Positions 39,341 through 50,031 of a DNA stretch of 64,000 bases are shown here, in pieces. Under the pieces are notes generated by a model that was not told the origin of the DNA, searched no databases, and was given only the letters and a program-made list of their open reading frames with translations. Positions within the stretch are counted from its first letter, which is position 1. Each line of letters opens with the position of its first letter. The stretch is taken from positions 18,974 through 82,973 of the forward strand of contig JAFDWZ010000028.1 in assembly GCA_018268195.1 (NCBI GenBank), written 5' to 3'. The translations under genes were made by a program, and so were the position numbers. This DNA is from Bacteroidota bacterium. GTDB lineage: Bacteria > Bacteroidota > Bacteroidia > AKYH767-A > OLB10.

Positions 39341-41470
39341 TTAATTAATAGTTGCAGTATTTTGTTTTTCAGCTTTAATGTCAACTCCAAGACGCTGCAG
39401 ATAAGCAATGATGGCAATGATTTCTTTATTGCTCATCACTTTGATACCGTTTTTTGCAAGGTCAGCTGCAATGTGATCAGCTTGTTTCATCAGGTCGGCA
39501 TTGGCTTGTGCATCATAACCGGCAGGATAGGGTACTCCCAATTTTTGCATCACTCTGATTTTTGCAGCTGTGGTGGTAGTGTCCAAATCATTTTCAATCA
39601 TAAAGGCATAAGGAGGCATAATACTTCCCGGTGACATGATCTGCGGATCGAGCATGTGATTATAATGCCATGAGTTAGGATATTTTTTTCCTACGCGCTG
39701 CAAGTCGGGTCCTGTACGTTTACTTCCCCATTGAAACGGATAGTCATAAACAAACTCTCCCGGTTTTGAATATTCGCCATAGCGCTCGGTTTCGTATCTG
39801 AAAGGACGTATCATTTGCGAGTGACAGGTGTAACATCCTTCACGCACATAAATATCTCTTCCTTGTAATTCAAGAGGAGTATAAGGTTTCACACTTGAAA
39901 TGGTGGGAATATTTGATTTCACCATAAATGTGGGAATCATTTCTACAGCACCACCTATCAGTATAACAATTAAACTAGCTACCAAAAGTTGAACAGGTTT
40001 TCTTTCAATCCAACGATGCCAGTGACCATCACGTCCGGTATAAACTTTTTCGAGAGCAGGAGCTTCAGCAGCTTCATTGGCAACAAGTTTTCCTGATTTC
40101 ATAGTCTTCACAAGGTTATAGAACATTACCAATGCTCCTGTCAGATATAGGAATCCACCTAAAGCTCGCAACTTGTACATAGGTAAAATCTGAACTACTG
40201 TTTCAAGGAAGTTTGGATAACGCAATACTCCATCTTCTGTAAATTCTTTCCACATAAAATGTTGAGTGAATCCTGCCCAATAAAGAGGAATAGCGTAGAA
40301 TGCAATTCCGAGGGAGCCTATCCAGAAGTGAAAGCTTGCAAGTTTTTTAGAGTATAAGCCGGTGTTGAATAATTTCGGTACCAGCCAATACAAAATACCA
40401 AAGGTCAGAAATCCGTTCCATCCCAATCCGCCAATGTGCACGTGACCAATTGTCCAGTCGGTGAAGTGACTTACTGCATTTACCGATTTGAGCGAAAGCA
40501 TAGGTCCTTCAAAGGTGGACATACCATAAGCCGTAACGGCAATTACAAAAAATTTGAGTTCTACATTATCTCTCACACGATCCCATGCACCACGCAGTGT
40601 GAGCAAACCGTTAATCATTCCACCCCATGATGGAGCAATAAGCATAACCGAGAAAACTACACCCAGCGATTGTGCCCAGTCGGGAAGTGCGGTGTACAAA
40701 AGGTGATGAGGCCCTGCCCAGATGTAAAGAAATATTAGCGACCAGAAATGGATGATTGAAAGACGGTAAGAATAAACCGGCCTGTTAGCAGCTTTAGGAA
40801 GAAAATAATACATCAACCCCAGGTAAGGAGTGGTGAGAAAAAATGCAACAGCATTGTGACCATACCACCATTGCACAAGAGCATCCTGCACTCCTGCATA
40901 AATAGGATAACTCTTGAACAAAGTTACAGGTATCTCCAGCGAGTTTACGATGTGCAGAACGGCAACTGTAACCAACGTAGCGATATAAAACCAAATAGCT
41001 ACATAAAGATGACGCTCGCGTCTGCGAATGATGGTACCAAACATATTGATGCCAAAAATTACCCATATCACGGTGATAGCAATATCTATAGGCCATTCAA
41101 GTTCTGCATATTCCTTGCTGGAAGTAATACCAAAAGGTAAAGTAAGTGCAGCACTCACAATAATTAATTGCCATCCCCAGAAATGAATACGGCTTAAAAG
41201 GTCGCTATACATACGCGCTTTGAGCAGTCGTTGCAGAGAGTAATACACTCCCATGAAAATACCATTTCCGACAAAGGCAAAAATGATGGCATTGGTATGC
41301 AGCGGCCTGAGCCTACCGAATGTTGCATGTGCATCAAAATTGAGTGCCGGATAAGGAAGTTGCAATGCAACTAACAAACCTACCAGCATGCCCACTATGG
41401 CCCAAATAATAGTTGCCCATGCAAACATGGCTACTATACGGTTGTCGTAACTATACTTTTCTATTGTCAT
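39341..41470 (-). CDS. ccoNO: cbb3-type cytochrome c oxidase, fused subunit I/II (CcoN-CcoO)
   Basis: 709 aa. The N-terminal two thirds form a haem-copper oxidase 12-TM core. The C-terminal third carries a TM helix and c-type haem CYTCHSQ. Confidence 0.9.
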   Translation of the reverse strand: MTIEKYSYDNRIVAMFAWATIIWAIVGMLVGLLVALQLPYPALNFDAHATFGRLRPLHTNAIIFAFVGNGIFMGVYYSLQRLLKARMYSDLLSRIHFWGWQLIIVSAALTLPFGITSSKEYAELEWPIDIAITVIWVIFGINMFGTIIRRRERHLYVAIWFYIATLVTVAVLHIVNSLEIPVTLFKSYPIYAGVQDALVQWWYGHNAVAFFLTTPYLGLMYYFLPKAANRPVYSYRLSIIHFWSLIFLYIWAGPHHLLYTALPDWAQSLGVVFSVMLIAPSWGGMINGLLTLRGAWDRVRDNVELKFFVIAVTAYGMSTFEGPMLSLKSVNAVSHFTDWTIGHVHIGGLGWNGFLTFGILYWLVPKLFNTGLYSKKLASFHFWIGSLGIAFYAIPLYWAGFTQHFMWKEFTEDGVLRYPNFLETVVQILPMYKLRALGGFLYLTGALVMFYNLVKTMKSGKLVANEAAEAPALEKVYTGRDGHWHRWIERKPVQLLVASLIVILIGGAVEMIPTFMVKSNIPTISSVKPYTPLELQGRDIYVREGCYTCHSQMIRPFRYETERYGEYSKPGEFVYDYPFQWGSKRTGPDLQRVGKKYPNSWHYNHMLDPQIMSPGSIMPPYAFMIENDLDTTTTAAKIRVMQKLGVPYPAGYDAQANADLMKQADHIAADLAKNGIKVMSNKEIIAIIAYLQRLGVDIKAEKQNTATIN

Positions 41471-41473
41471 ATA

Positions 41474-41653
41474 TTATTTGTTATCAGTTGTAGTTGATTT
41501 GGTGTCGTTATTAGTGTCGTTATCAAACAGCATGCGCACTCCTGGCGAGTAGTCATCATCATATTGTCCGTTTCTGACTGCCCAAAAAAATGCTGCCAGA
41601 AAGCTAATAGCTACCAGCAGACTTACCGCAATAAGAATTATTAATACACTCAT
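41474..41653 (-). CDS. ccoS: cbb3 oxidase maturation protein CcoS
   Basis: 59 aa from the internal Met (MSVLIILIAVSLLVAISFLAAFFWAVRNGQYDDDYSPGVRMLFDND). The ORF-track N-terminal extension to 41740 is probably not translated. Confidence 0.7.
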   Translation of the reverse strand: MSVLIILIAVSLLVAISFLAAFFWAVRNGQYDDDYSPGVRMLFDNDTNNDTKSTTTDNK

Positions 41654-41714
41654 AAACGGCCGCAAAACTATTTTACACCACAGCCAGTAGAAATGACAGC
41701 AATTAACAGACAAA

Positions 41715-41726
41715 CTGATATAAATC
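41715..41726. promoter_or_regulatory. FNR/CRP-type palindromic box (TGAT-N4-ATCA) upstream of the ccoS-ccoNO-ccoQP-ccoG-fixH cluster
   Basis: cTGATataaATCAc lies about 62 nt upstream of the ccoS ATG in the divergent promoter region. Confidence 0.4.
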
Positions 41727-41852
41727 ACCCCATGTGTCAATTATGAAATATGTAAAGTTTTTTATGCAGCAAGGGTCGCCACTTTCATCCTGATTTTCAT
41801 CGTTTCACAAACAGAATAGTTTTATATTTGTGCATTAAAATAATCAATCAAC

Positions 41853-42311
41853 ATGCAAAAAATTTTAGTAATCATTGCCGCAAGTTTATTATGCCTGAAT
41901 ACCTATGCTCAGGATAAAAAAGAATCTTTCTTCGGGAAAAAAATAACAGCCGATAATGCACGACCTGCATCAGAAGTACCTGCATTGCTATCTCAAAAAG
42001 ATACTGTAGCCATCAAGTTGACCGGAAAAATCAACAGTGTGTGCCAGAAAAAAGGTTGTTGGATGATGCTTGAAACTGCCGATGGCAATACCATGCGCGT
42101 AAGATTTAAAGATTATGAATTCTTTGTTCCAAAAGATTGTGCAGGAAAAACAGCAGTTATTGAAGGTATTGCTTTTAATGATGTGACCTCTGTTGCAGAA
42201 CTTCGCCATTATGCCGAAGATGCAAAAAAATCGAAAGAAGAAATCGAGAAAATCACACAACCCGAAAAAAGCCCTGCATTTGAAGCTGAAGGAGTAATAA
42301 TTTATGAATAA
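41853..42311 (+). CDS. Hypothetical secreted protein with a conserved C-x3-GCW motif
   Basis: Signal peptide MQKILVIIAASLLCLNTYAQ, then a SVCQKKGCWMM motif. It is divergent from the cbb3 cluster. Resemblance to the DUF4920 family is from memory and uncertain. Confidence 0.5.
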   Translation: MQKILVIIAASLLCLNTYAQDKKESFFGKKITADNARPASEVPALLSQKDTVAIKLTGKINSVCQKKGCWMMLETADGNTMRVRFKDYEFFVPKDCAGKTAVIEGIAFNDVTSVAELRHYAEDAKKSKEEIEKITQPEKSPAFEAEGVIIYE

Positions 42312-42750
42312 AATTCTTGCTGTATTTGTTGTAGGAATTTTTGTTTCTATAGCATCTTATAATTACAAATGCGAATGGAGTAATGTTGCGCTGGCTGATA
42401 CTACCGATATCAACCCCAACAAAAGCAGTGAACTTTCATTGCTCATGCGTAAGATGTATGACCATGCTGCCGAAGCACGAAAGGCTATTGCTTCCGACAA
42501 AACGGTTTCATATCCCAAAACATTTCTCAACATCAACACGGCAGTTCCTACGGATGACCATACCAAGAATGAATACTTCGAAACGTTTGCCGATTTGTAT
42601 CTGCAGTCGCTCGATACGTATGAAAAATCCGGTGCGGAAAATCGTGTGAAGAGTTATAACAACATTGTTAATGCCTGTCTGGCATGTCACAGCAGCCATT
42701 GCCCGGGCCCTGTGCCGAAAATCAAGAAACTCATCATCACCGATAAGTAA
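42304..42750 (+). CDS. Small membrane-anchored protein with a CXXCH motif (putative mono-haem c-type cytochrome)
   Basis: N-terminal TM helix and C-terminal NACLACHSSHCPGP (CLACH). Overlaps the upstream gene by 8 nt. Confidence 0.45.
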   Translation: MNKILAVFVVGIFVSIASYNYKCEWSNVALADTTDINPNKSSELSLLMRKMYDHAAEARKAIASDKTVSYPKTFLNINTAVPTDDHTKNEYFETFADLYLQSLDTYEKSGAENRVKSYNNIVNACLACHSSHCPGPVPKIKKLIITDK

Positions 42751-42758
42751 TAGAGCGA

Positions 42759-43529
42759 ATGGTTGCTATAAAAAATATTTTCAGAAATGTTATTGCATTC
42801 ATACTGTTGCAAAGTATTGCAACGGTAACTCATGGTCAGGCGCTGGTGCGCGATTCGGCTATTGTGGTTCCTTTTTTCGGGCTTGGTGCCGAAGGTCATA
42901 TTCCTGGTGGTGATATGAAAAAACGTTTCGGAAATGATTACGGATTGCAAGCCGTAGTAGGCGTAAAAACAGCACGTAACTGGACTTATTCCCTGCAGGG
43001 TGGATTTATATCCGGAAATACACTCAAAGAACAAGGTTTGCTTGCCGGTATTTCTACTTCCACAGGCACCATCATTGGGCAAGACGGCCGTACGGCTGAT
43101 GTAAGATTATTTGAACGAGGATATCACATCAGCGTAAGTTTCGGAAAAGTTATTTCATTCAAAAAACCAAACCCCAACAGCGGAATTTGGATAAACGGAG
43201 GAATAGGATTTTTGCAACATAAAATCCGTATTGAAACAATTGGCAACAATGTGGAGGAACTGAAGAAACCTTATCGCAAAGGCTACGACAGACTTACCAA
43301 CGGAGTTATTGCCGATGAATTTATTGGTTACATTTTTTACGGCAACAGAAAACTGGTAAACTTTTACGCAGGGTTTAATTTCATTCAGGGATTTACTGCC
43401 GGAAGACGCGATTATCAGTATGACACCATGCAGCCTTACAAAGAAAAAAGACTTGATTTACTCTATGGGCTAAAGGTAGGATGGATACTGCCGTTTTATA
43501 CCAATCCGGATAAGTTTTATTATTACTGA
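42759..43529 (+). CDS. Hypothetical outer-membrane beta-barrel-like secreted protein
   Basis: Signal peptide, alternating hydrophobic beta-strand patterning and an aromatic C-terminus (KFYYY). Confidence 0.45.
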   Translation: MVAIKNIFRNVIAFILLQSIATVTHGQALVRDSAIVVPFFGLGAEGHIPGGDMKKRFGNDYGLQAVVGVKTARNWTYSLQGGFISGNTLKEQGLLAGISTSTGTIIGQDGRTADVRLFERGYHISVSFGKVISFKKPNPNSGIWINGGIGFLQHKIRIETIGNNVEELKKPYRKGYDRLTNGVIADEFIGYIFYGNRKLVNFYAGFNFIQGFTAGRRDYQYDTMQPYKEKRLDLLYGLKVGWILPFYTNPDKFYYY

Positions 43530-44770
43530 TGCTGCTGTTTTATTCCATCGGAATACGACTTTATCATCTGGCAGCTTGCATGGCAGCAATGTTTAATGCC
43601 AAGGCAAAACTTTTTTGTGAAGGAAGAAAAGGTGTTTTCGAAAAACTTGAAAAAATATTTGCTGACGACACTTCTCCTCGCATTTGGTTTCACTGTTCAT
43701 CTTATGGCGAATTTGAACAAGGCAGGCCGGTGTTACAACAACTTAAGACTCAATACCCCGGTTATAAAATAGTTCTTACATTTTTTTCGCCTTCCGGTTA
43801 TGCGCAGGGAGTTAAGGAGAAAGCTGCCGACTGTGTGCTTTACCTGCCTGCCGATACTGCTGCTCATGCCAAGAAATGGATATCGGTGTTGAAACCTTCA
43901 TTAGCAGTTTTTGTGAAATATGATTTCTGGTTTCATTATATGAATGAACTCAGCAATAAAAATATTCCTTTTGTTTATGTATCTTCTATTTTCAGGGAGA
44001 ATCAGTTTTTCTTTAAGCCTTGGGGCAAGTCATTTCTTGCTATCCTGAAAAAAGCTTCTGCATTTTATGTGCAGAATTCTTCCTCGGCAGAATTGCTGAA
44101 ACAACACGGCATTCAGCAGGTTATGGTAACAGGCGATACCCGTTTCGACAGAGTAGCTCAGTTGCCGGAGATAAAATTTTCTGATGAAGTGATTGAAAAA
44201 TTTATACAGGGTGATGTGCCTTTGATTGTTGCGGGAAGCACCTGGCCCGGTGATCATCAGCTGCTGGCTGCTTACCTTAACAGGCGTTCAGATATAAAAA
44301 TGATTATTATTCCGCATGAGATAGATGAAAAAAGTATTGCTTCCTTCACGTCACTGTGCAACAAAAAATATCTGAAGTATTCCGATGCAGAAAAACACAA
44401 TATCGGAGAAGGGCAGGTGCTGATTGTTAACCGTATAGGAATGCTTTCAAAAATTTACCGCTATGCAAATGTTTGTTATATTGGTGGTGGTTTTGGCAAA
44501 GGCATACACAATATTTTGGAAGGTGCTGTATATGGCAAACCTGTGGTTTTTGGTCCGGTTTACGAAAAATTTGCCGAGGCTGTAAACCTGATTGACAAAG
44601 GTGGCGCATTTGCGGTAGCTGACGAAGCTCAGCTGCAAAACATTCTAAACCGACTTCTTGACCAAAAGCATGAATCAGAGCATGCGGGAGCCATCAGCAG
44701 AGTATTTGTTGCTGAAAATGCCGGAGCTACTCAGGCAGTAATGAATCAGTTAGGTAAATACCTTTCCTAA
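43529..44770 (+). CDS. waaA: 3-deoxy-D-manno-octulosonic acid (Kdo) transferase
   Basis: N-terminal donor-binding region with IWFHCSSYGEFEQGRPVLQQL (the WxHxxSxGE motif) and a GT-B C-terminal domain. Confidence 0.8.
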   Translation: MLLFYSIGIRLYHLAACMAAMFNAKAKLFCEGRKGVFEKLEKIFADDTSPRIWFHCSSYGEFEQGRPVLQQLKTQYPGYKIVLTFFSPSGYAQGVKEKAADCVLYLPADTAAHAKKWISVLKPSLAVFVKYDFWFHYMNELSNKNIPFVYVSSIFRENQFFFKPWGKSFLAILKKASAFYVQNSSSAELLKQHGIQQVMVTGDTRFDRVAQLPEIKFSDEVIEKFIQGDVPLIVAGSTWPGDHQLLAAYLNRRSDIKMIIIPHEIDEKSIASFTSLCNKKYLKYSDAEKHNIGEGQVLIVNRIGMLSKIYRYANVCYIGGGFGKGIHNILEGAVYGKPVVFGPVYEKFAEAVNLIDKGGAFAVADEAQLQNILNRLLDQKHESEHAGAISRVFVAENAGATQAVMNQLGKYLS

Positions 44771-44833
44771 CGAAATTTCTGTGAATTACTTTTACATATC
44801 AATCATAATGCTACTTTTGCAGCCTCAAAATCA

Positions 44834-44910
44834 GGCGAGGTAGCTCAGGTGGTTAGAGCGCAGGATTCATAACCCTGAGGTCGGGGGTTCAATTCCCCCC
44901 TTCGCTACCA
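44834..44910 (+). tRNA. tRNA with a CAU anticodon (elongator Met, or Ile2 if lysidine-modified)
   Basis: GGCGAGGTAGCTCAGGTGGTTAGAGCGCAGGATTCATAACCCTGAGGTCGGGGGTTCAATTCCCCCCTTCGCTACCA. The cloverleaf has a 7-bp acceptor stem with two G-U pairs, a D-arm (GCTC/GAGC), a T-arm (GGGGG/CCCCC, TTCAATT loop) and an encoded CCA. Confidence 0.85.
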
Positions 44911-44911
44911 C

Positions 44912-44950
44912 AAATGGCTGTTTTATTCAATTAAAACAGCCATTTTTTTT
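44912..44950 (+). terminator. Rho-independent terminator after the tRNA
   Basis: AAATGGCTGTTTTAttcaatTAAAACAGCCATTT followed by a T10 run. Confidence 0.75.
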
Positions 44951-45205
44951 TTCTAATATATTGATGTTGTAAAATATGAAATTGGATTCAATTTAATCAG
45001 GAGCTTTAGTACGTATAGTCAAAATATAATCGAATTTACTTTTCTAACGTCAATTCAATTCTTGATTTTACACCAATCAATTATAAAATAGAAATAAGGA
45101 CAGAGTAAAAAAATACGTATAAAATTGCATAATCAGGTTCCTGATAGAGGCCGGATTAAATGGTAAAAACAATTCAGGAATAAATTCAGTAGTTGGATTA
45201 ACTTA

Positions 45206-45745
45206 TTAATTCTTTTTGAAAGAAATTCGTTTGAACTGTCCGCTTGTGATGTGAACCGAATCAGTTGGAACACAACTAAGGCATACGCCATCAAAATTAA
45301 ATGTACCTGCCGCCACACTGTCAGCAGTATTGAATGACGTGAAAGTTATGGTTGCATTGGAAGTGGTATAACTTTGAGAGTTGGAGCTTTTGGTAAAAAG
45401 ACCCTGACAGTTGGAATATGTTCCGGTAACCAATGGCCCCTGATATATCAGCGACAATGTTCCTATTGATGCAGTGCCCGTCATATACAGTGTGTTATTA
45501 TTATAAAAACTCGATATGGTTCCTGCTGTTGAATTAAAAGTATCGCCATTAGCCAAAGCAGTAATATTACCCAAGCATGCCGGACATGGACCTCCGCAGT
45601 CAATATCTGTTTCGCCCTGATTCATTATTCCGTCACTGCATGTTGCCAAAGGCTGAGGTATGTTATCCGTTTCGGCTTGCTGCTTCATGCACGAAGAGCA
45701 AATGGTTATCAATGCAACAAAAACGCAATATATTTTAGCTCTCAC
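45206..45745 (-). CDS. Hypothetical Cys-containing lipoprotein (Ser/Thr/Asn-rich)
   Basis: Lipobox-like signal (VFVALITICSSC), a DCGGPCPAC motif, then S/T/N-rich sequence. Confidence 0.45.
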   Translation of the reverse strand: MRAKIYCVFVALITICSSCMKQQAETDNIPQPLATCSDGIMNQGETDIDCGGPCPACLGNITALANGDTFNSTAGTISSFYNNNTLYMTGTASIGTLSLIYQGPLVTGTYSNCQGLFTKSSNSQSYTTSNATITFTSFNTADSVAAGTFNFDGVCLSCVPTDSVHITSGQFKRISFKKN

Positions 45746-45777
45746 AAAAATTATTTTAGCATAAAATTAAGTAATAT

Positions 45778-46893
45778 TTATTTACCTTTTTCCGAAAGGA
45801 GCAGATTATACATTTTTTGTGCAGCTTTAGCCGAAGCTCCTGCACTTCCCAGTTTTTGTATCAGCTCTTCATATCCCTCAGATAATTTTTTACGATATTC
45901 ATCATTTTCCAGCATCAGTTCCATCTCGGCTGTAAGTGTTTTTTCATTCATATCCTGCTGAATGAGTTCTTTTACAAGCATACGGTCTAAAATCAGATTT
46001 ACTAATGAAATATATTTTACTTTCACCAGTTGACGCGCTATGAGATAGGAGAACTTGTTTCCTTTGTAACAAACAATTTCAGGTACTCTGAACAGAGCGG
46101 TCTCCAAGGTTGCAGTGCCACTGGTTACCAATGCTGCATAGGCCTGCTGCAGCAAATTGTATGTTTGGCCATGCACTATAGAAATGTTGGCTGCTAATGA
46201 TTGATAAAATGAATCAGGAATGTTGGGAGCCGCTGCAATTACTGGCTCATAATTTTTAAAATGTTTTACTGCATTAGCCATCACCGGAAGCATTTCTTTT
46301 ATCTCCTGTATGCGGCTTCCGGGAAGTAAAGCAATGATTTTTTTTCCGCTTGCAGCAACCGGCAAAGGGGCTACTGCCGATTTTTTAATACGTTCAATTT
46401 CATCAAGCAGAGGATGCCCGGTAAACTCCACATCGTAATCGAATTTCTTGTAAAAGGGTTTTTCAAAAGGCAGAATAACAAACATTTTATCTACCGTGCG
46501 TTTAATTTTATGTACGCGCGATTGTTTCCATGCCCAAATTTGCGGTGAGATATAATAAAATACTTTTATCCCTTTGAGTTTTAAAAATTCAGCCAGTCGC
46601 AGATTGAAACCGGGGTAATCAACCAATATCACCACGTCAGGATTGAATTTTAAAATATCGGCTTTGCAAGCTTCCAGATTTCTGAAAATAGTACGCAGAT
46701 TTTTCACCACTTCAATAAAACCCATGAATGCCAACTCACGATAATGTTTCACCACTTCCACACCTGCAGCCTGCATTCTGTCGCCCCCCCAACCGCGCAT
46801 CGTTGCATCATGGTCGGCTTTGTGCAATTCAGCAGCCAGATTTGCAGCATGCATATCACCTGAAGCTTCACCCGCAACGATGTAATATTTCAT
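45778..46893 (-). CDS. lpxB: Lipid-A-disaccharide synthase
   Basis: N-terminus reads MKYYIVAGEASGDMHAANLAAEL, followed by a GT-B fold. Confidence 0.85.
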   Translation of the reverse strand: MKYYIVAGEASGDMHAANLAAELHKADHDATMRGWGGDRMQAAGVEVVKHYRELAFMGFIEVVKNLRTIFRNLEACKADILKFNPDVVILVDYPGFNLRLAEFLKLKGIKVFYYISPQIWAWKQSRVHKIKRTVDKMFVILPFEKPFYKKFDYDVEFTGHPLLDEIERIKKSAVAPLPVAASGKKIIALLPGSRIQEIKEMLPVMANAVKHFKNYEPVIAAAPNIPDSFYQSLAANISIVHGQTYNLLQQAYAALVTSGTATLETALFRVPEIVCYKGNKFSYLIARQLVKVKYISLVNLILDRMLVKELIQQDMNEKTLTAEMELMLENDEYRKKLSEGYEELIQKLGSAGASAKAAQKMYNLLLSEKGK

Positions 46894-46898
46894 CTCTG

Positions 46899-47186
46899 TC
46901 AGAAAAATTTAAGATACATAATGTAAAACCCGTAAAGGAAAGTCGCAGCTATCACTCCCTGTTCAGCTCTGAGCTTTCTGAATCGGTCTAAGATAAAGAA
47001 CAGGGCAAGATTTGCCAGCAGGCTCAGGCTTATGGCTGCAGCAAGCGTATTGTTGTTCTGTAAGGCGAAGAAAAAATCTGTAACACTCATCTGCCTGAAG
47101 AAGGAGAGGTAATAAAGATAAAATCCAATAAACGGTGCAAAGAGACCACCTGCAAAACCTGCCAGAAAATGATTCTTTTGTGTCAT
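46899..47186 (-). CDS. Small hypothetical membrane protein
   Basis: 95 aa with three predicted TM helices. Lies between surE and lpxB. Confidence 0.35.
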   Translation of the reverse strand: MTQKNHFLAGFAGGLFAPFIGFYLYYLSFFRQMSVTDFFFALQNNNTLAAAISLSLLANLALFFILDRFRKLRAEQGVIAATFLYGFYIMYLKFF

Positions 47187-47187
47187 A

Positions 47188-47529
47188 TTATCTTTTTTTT
47201 ATCAGAAAAAAAATAAACAGTGCAAAGATAAAAACCGAAAATATCCATCCTTGAGCAAAACGGTGCTTTTTCCAGTTGACCATTGCCAGACGCAATATCA
47301 GAATCTGTAACGCAAAGACCATAAAATATATTCGCGGAAACGCAAGATATTTATAAAACGATAATTGCTGCATATAAGGCTCTGCCCATTCAACAGTAAA
47401 ATACACAAGAGCAGATATTACTGCGGCAATCCACACACCGGAGTGAAAATTATCAGGAATACGTTTAATCATTCCATGAAAGTTTGTTGAGTCTTGGTAT
47501 GGCATGATGTGCCGTAAAATCAAATTCAA
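47188..47529 (-). CDS. Small hypothetical membrane protein
   Basis: Two to three TM helices. The true start is probably an internal Met (MIKRIP...), because the annotated 5' end overlaps surE by 65 nt. Confidence 0.35.
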   Translation of the reverse strand: MNLILRHIMPYQDSTNFHGMIKRIPDNFHSGVWIAAVISALVYFTVEWAEPYMQQLSFYKYLAFPRIYFMVFALQILILRLAMVNWKKHRFAQGWIFSVFIFALFIFFLIKKR

Positions 47530-48235
47530 CAGGAACTACTGATACATATCCATTTGCCAAAGCCCATTCATCGGTGTCTTCGCCCAAATCGGGATTAATG
47601 AATTTACCGGTAAGCCAGAAATATTTTTGTCTGCTTGGGTCTTCTCGTTCTTCAAATTCTTCTTTCCATTTGGCCATAGCCTGACGGCATATTTTTATTC
47701 CTTTCATCTCTTTCAGAGAAAGATTGGGAATATTTACGTTGAGCAGTAACTCGCGCCAGTGAACGCCTTTAAGCACTGTACGTGTAATCACGCCTGCATA
47801 ATGTTTCGCTGCCGTAAGGTCAGCATCCAGATTGTAATTCACCAGTGAAAATCCAATACTTGGAATTCCTTCAATGGCGCCTTCCATAGCTGCTGACATG
47901 GTGCCTGAATAAATTACGTTGATGGACGAATTGCTTCCATGATTGATTCCGCTAACGCAAATATCCGGTTTGCGGTTCAGAATTTTGTTGACTGCAAGTT
48001 TTACGCAGTCAACGGGAGTACCACTGCATTGCCATGCATCCACACCTTTAAAAATATCCACTCTGTCGAGTCGCAAAGGGTTGTGTATGGTAATGGCATG
48101 CCCCATGCCCGATTGCGGGCTGTCAGGAGCTACTACCGTAACGTGGCCAATTTCCTGCATGGCTTCAATCAGCGCACGTATGCCGCGCGATGAAATTCCA
48201 TCGTCATTGATAACTAAAATTGTGGGTTTCGACAT
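47465..48235 (-). CDS. surE: 5'/3'-nucleotidase SurE
   Basis: N-terminal ILVINDDGISSRGIRAL, matching the SurE DDG metal-binding motif. Confidence 0.85.
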   Translation of the reverse strand: MSKPTILVINDDGISSRGIRALIEAMQEIGHVTVVAPDSPQSGMGHAITIHNPLRLDRVDIFKGVDAWQCSGTPVDCVKLAVNKILNRKPDICVSGINHGSNSSINVIYSGTMSAAMEGAIEGIPSIGFSLVNYNLDADLTAAKHYAGVITRTVLKGVHWRELLLNVNIPNLSLKEMKGIKICRQAMAKWKEEFEEREDPSRQKYFWLTGKFINPDLGEDTDEWALANGYVSVVPVEFDFTAHHAIPRLNKLSWND

Positions 48236-48351
48236 GGCACAAAGATACGTTTATTCTAAAGGTGCCGTATGTGAATATGCCCTGCTTTCTTTTTAAAAAG
48301 TGATTGCTTGTGCCATGGTAAAATTGTCATGGCTCTGTGGTTGAAATGAAA

Positions 48352-50031
<1,680 letters not shown>

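Noticed and set aside
36163-41140. Numerous 60-160-aa ORFs on both strands within the ccoNO/ccoP/ccoG region (e.g. 37000..37389, 37637..38044, 38356..38829, 40794..41096)
   Set aside because: All are embedded in or antisense to the strongly supported cbb3 genes, with Cys/His-rich reverse-frame translations typical of artefacts.
44911-45205. Genomic island inserted at the tRNA (CAU) gene
   Set aside because: There is no integrase, no repeat of the tRNA 3' end and only a single orphan lipoprotein before core gene lpxB.
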